1,165 nt of DNA from the NCBI GenBank assembly GCA_000004985.1, contig GG739520.1. One strand, given 5' to 3'. Under the pieces are notes generated by a model. It worked only from the letters and a program-made list of their open reading frames with translations, was not told where the DNA came from and did not search any database. The stretch's first letter is position 1; every line of letters starts with the position of its first letter. Positions 1 to 1,165 of the stretch are shown in pieces. The position numbers were made by a program, and so were the translations under genes. The DNA comes from Naegleria gruberi (Eukaryota).

Positions 1-32
1 CGCTGAAGTTGAATGTTCTGACCGTTATATTC

Positions 33-60
33 AACAAAAAAAAACAACAAACAACAATTA
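33..60 (+). repeat. Simple-sequence tract: A9 homopolymer (36-44) embedded in (CAA)n-like repeats
   Basis: Sequence is aacaaaaaaaaacaacaaacaacaatta. Poly(dA:dT) tracts are known nucleosome-excluding elements in yeast intergenic DNA. Confidence 0.5.
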
Positions 61-311
61 CTCATGATTTCATCACCACCCTGCTAACTACCAACCTTCA
101 TCAGTACCACCAGGAGGAGAGTTCTCCCTTTGCTTCCTTCCACATCAGCCATAGCACATTCAACCATAACAGAAAGTACTTGTTGCTAGCAGAACAAGTG
201 ATAATTGATACTTTGAACACTGTCTCACTCTTGGCTAATAAACCTTCGGCTCTACTTTTGCCAATTTTTGTTTTTTGCTCTGCTCTACTTTCTGACCCAC
301 TCTGGACCACG

Positions 312-367
312 TAATTATGGACATCCTTTTTTCACGACCCACCCACCCCCACATAATTATGACAATC
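312..367 (+). repeat. Imperfect direct repeat TAATTATG(G)ACA (312-323 and 354-364) flanking a C-rich core CCCACCCACCCCCAC (338-352)
   Basis: Aligned by eye: TAATTATG is identical in both copies and -ACA follows after a 1-nt indel. The copies are about 42 bp apart. Confidence 0.4.
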
Positions 368-562
368 TTCCCATCATCTTCTTTGGACAACAAGAAATGA
401 ACTCGACAACTGTATTGAAGGTTGTTTTGATAAGAGATATCACAATGATATGGTTTATATTTGGGACTATTTCCAAGCCAACCTAAATGTGTAACATTAT
501 CGATTAGTAAAATTTAATTTTTTTCATTTTTAAGATGTCTTTATTCTATTAAGGTAATATTT

Positions 563-568
563 TCAACA
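563..568 (+). promoter_or_regulatory. TCAACA motif at -15 to -10 of the tRNA, matching the CAACAA-like start-site element reported upstream of yeast tRNA genes. An AT-rich TATTAAGGTAATATTTT element at about -32 to -15 is a possible TFIIIB/TBP-contacting region.
   Basis: Judged from sequence position relative to tRNA +1, compared with my recollection of conserved upstream elements of S. cerevisiae tRNA genes. Confidence 0.3.
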
Positions 569-584
569 TGAAAGAGATCCCGTG

Positions 585-595
585 TAGTCCAATGG
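585..595 (+). promoter_or_regulatory. Pol III internal promoter A box (TAGTCCAATGG, consensus TRGCNNAGTGG)
   Basis: Sits at tRNA positions 8-19 and matches the A-box consensus at 9 of 11 positions. Confidence 0.6.
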
Positions 596-627
596 CTAGG
601 ATACCTGGCTTTCACCCAGGAGGTCCG

Positions 628-638
628 GGTTCAATTCC
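628..638 (+). promoter_or_regulatory. Pol III internal promoter B box (GGTTCAATTCC, consensus GGTTCRANTCC)
   Basis: Sits at tRNA positions 52-62 and matches the B-box consensus. Confidence 0.7.
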
Positions 639-654
639 CGGCATGGGAGGACCA

Positions 655-659
655 TTTTT
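655..659 (+). terminator. Pol III oligo(dT) terminator, T5, 6 nt after the tRNA 3' end
   Basis: TTTTT on the non-template strand immediately downstream of the discriminator base. T5 is at the lower limit of efficient termination in yeasts. Confidence 0.6.
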
Positions 660-669
660 CATTTTGATA

Positions 670-675
670 TTTTTT
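670..675 (+). terminator. Back-up Pol III terminator, T6
   Basis: TTTTTT lies 11 nt downstream of the first T-run and would catch read-through from the weak T5. Confidence 0.45.
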
Positions 676-823
676 GGTCAATCAAAATCTCAATGCATAA
701 CGCTCCCAAATTACTATTGTTAGTTCACGCAACGCCATTGTCTTGTTATGGAAATATACTCGGGTTAACTGATAAATTTAGGTTCAAGCTTGTGGCATAT
801 GAAATTATCTTTTACTAGAAAAA

Positions 824-1165
824 ATGTTAAAACAAGTTAAACGTATTTACAAAGCCACAACCCCTCAACACCAACAAGTTAAAAGATGTTTCACCACTTC
901 TCTGATCAATCATGAGCTCAACAACAAAAAAATAACGATTTCCATTCCAAATCTTTCAGATTCTTCTCCTCTTCAACAAGAAGAATTTCGTCTTGCCAAA
1001 CTTCACATTTCTGAAATGGATGTCATTAAAAAAGAACAGCTCAATGCTTCATTCAAATCAAGCAGCAAACAGGCCACAGTAGTAGATTGGAAGAGTCAAC
1101 ACAATGGAATTGTTGTTCGTCTATTGCACAAGGAAGGACAAGTTGTAAAGAGTGGTCAACCTTTT
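824..1165 (+). CDS. 5' portion (114 codons, runs off the window end) of a protein-coding gene. The N-terminus looks like a mitochondrial matrix-targeting presequence; product unidentified.
   Basis: ATG 824 is the first in-frame ATG after the in-frame stop TGA at 800-802 and the frame stays open to the window edge. The start context agaaaaaATGt is A-rich (A at -3). Codon choice is yeast-like (AGA, CAA, GTT, AAG, GGT, CCA, TTG). Translation: MLKQVKRIYKATTPQHQQVKRCFTTSLINHELNNKKITISIPNLSDSSPLQQEEFRLAKLHISEMDVIKKEQLNASFKSSSKQATVVDWKSQHNGIVVRLLHKEGQVVKSGQPF. The first 30 residues contain 6 K/R, no D/E and many S/T. It is missing from the supplied track only because there is no in-window stop. Confidence 0.55.
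   Translation, partial: MLKQVKRIYKATTPQHQQVKRCFTTSLINHELNNKKITISIPNLSDSSPLQQEEFRLAKLHISEMDVIKKEQLNASFKSSSKQATVVDWKSQHNGIVVRLLHKEGQVVKSGQPF

Larger units (their letters stand above)
578..649 (+). tRNA. tRNA-Glu, anticodon UUC (TTC at 611-613); 72 nt, no intron, CCA not encoded (eukaryotic nuclear type)
   Basis: Hand-folded cloverleaf. Acceptor stem 578-584 pairs with 642-648 (7 bp, one G-U) and the discriminator is G649. D stem is 587-590/599-602 with an 8-nt D loop carrying A14 and G18G19. Anticodon stem is 604-608/616-620 (5 perfect bp) with the 7-nt loop CTTTCAC (U33, anticodon TTC, A37). Variable loop is 4 nt (621-624). T stem is 625-629/637-641 (5 perfect bp) with T loop TTCAATT (T54, T55, C56, A58). 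Invariant T8, A9, G10, G53 and C61 are present. Overall it is similar to known eukaryotic tRNA-Glu(UUC) sequences recalled from memory. Confidence 0.92.

Noticed and set aside
237-242. AATAAA as a polyadenylation signal
   Set aside because: It is a single hexamer in AT-rich DNA, and yeast 3'-end signals are degenerate. It cannot be assigned to a gene because no upstream CDS is in the window.
101-310. ORF track entry 101..310 (-), 69 aa
   Set aside because: It is fully embedded antisense to 9..314, has no recognisable features, and its length is typical of chance ORFs in AT-rich DNA.
9-314. ORF track entry 9..314 (+), 101 aa, as a real gene
   Set aside because: The translation is low complexity and runs straight through the A9/(CAA)n tract. 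It overlaps an equally long antisense ORF and another + ORF. I recognise no family and it lacks the yeast-preferred codon bias seen in the 824+ ORF. I treat it as spurious pending a BLASTX hit.
268-486. ORF track entry 268..486 (+), 72 aa
   Set aside because: Its Pro/His/Thr-rich start comes directly from the CCCACCCACCCCCAC tract. It has no good start context and no known motif, so it is probably non-coding promoter or spacer DNA.
487-577. Solo LTR or Ty/retroelement remnant upstream of the tRNA gene (a common tRNA-associated insertion site)
   Set aside because: I looked for TG...CA terminal inverted repeats with flanking 4-6 bp target-site duplications and for resemblance to the S. cerevisiae delta/sigma LTRs I can recall. 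I found none. The region is plain AT-rich spacer. A different species-specific LTR cannot be excluded without a repeat library.
604-620. Possible intron in the tRNA anticodon arm
   Set aside because: The anticodon loop is a canonical 7 nt (CTTTCAC) with U33 and A37. No insertion lies 3' of position 37.
886-888. ATG at 886 as an alternative start for the downstream gene
   Set aside because: It is out of frame with the long open frame (frame of 824). Its own frame terminates quickly.
1-1165. Prokaryotic-style accessory or defence system, CRISPR array or operon
   Set aside because: There are no repeat-spacer periodicity, Shine-Dalgarno contexts or operon-like ORF packing. The tRNA has eukaryotic nuclear Pol III architecture with an oligo-T terminator and no encoded CCA. 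The window is best explained as an ordinary eukaryotic intergenic region plus a gene start.

Overview
This window looks like an AT-rich eukaryotic nuclear intergenic region, probably from a budding-yeast-like ascomycete. I base that on Pol III-type tRNA gene architecture with a T-run terminator, an A-rich ATG context and codon choice such as AGA, CAA, GTT, GGT and TTG; the organism call is inference only. There are two solid features. (1) A complete, canonical, intron-less tRNA-Glu(UUC) gene lies at 578-649 (+), with internal A/B boxes and a weak T5 terminator followed by a T6 back-up. (2) An open reading frame begins at ATG 824 and runs off the 3' end of the window (824-1165, 114 codons). The supplied ORF track omits it because it has no in-window stop. 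Its N-terminus is basic, hydroxyl-rich and free of acidic residues, and it carries an R-10 (MPP + Oct1) processing motif, so I read it as the start of a nuclear gene for a mitochondrially imported protein of unknown identity. The three ORFs in the track (9-314, 101-310 on the minus strand, 268-486) overlap one another, give low-complexity translations driven by poly(A), (CAA)n and C-rich tracts, and are most likely non-coding. I see no evidence of a defence system, a mobile element or anything prokaryotic. The more interesting observations are regulatory and architectural: the tRNA-to-Pol II gene spacing, the weak terminator, a direct repeat flanking a C-rich core, and possible uORFs.
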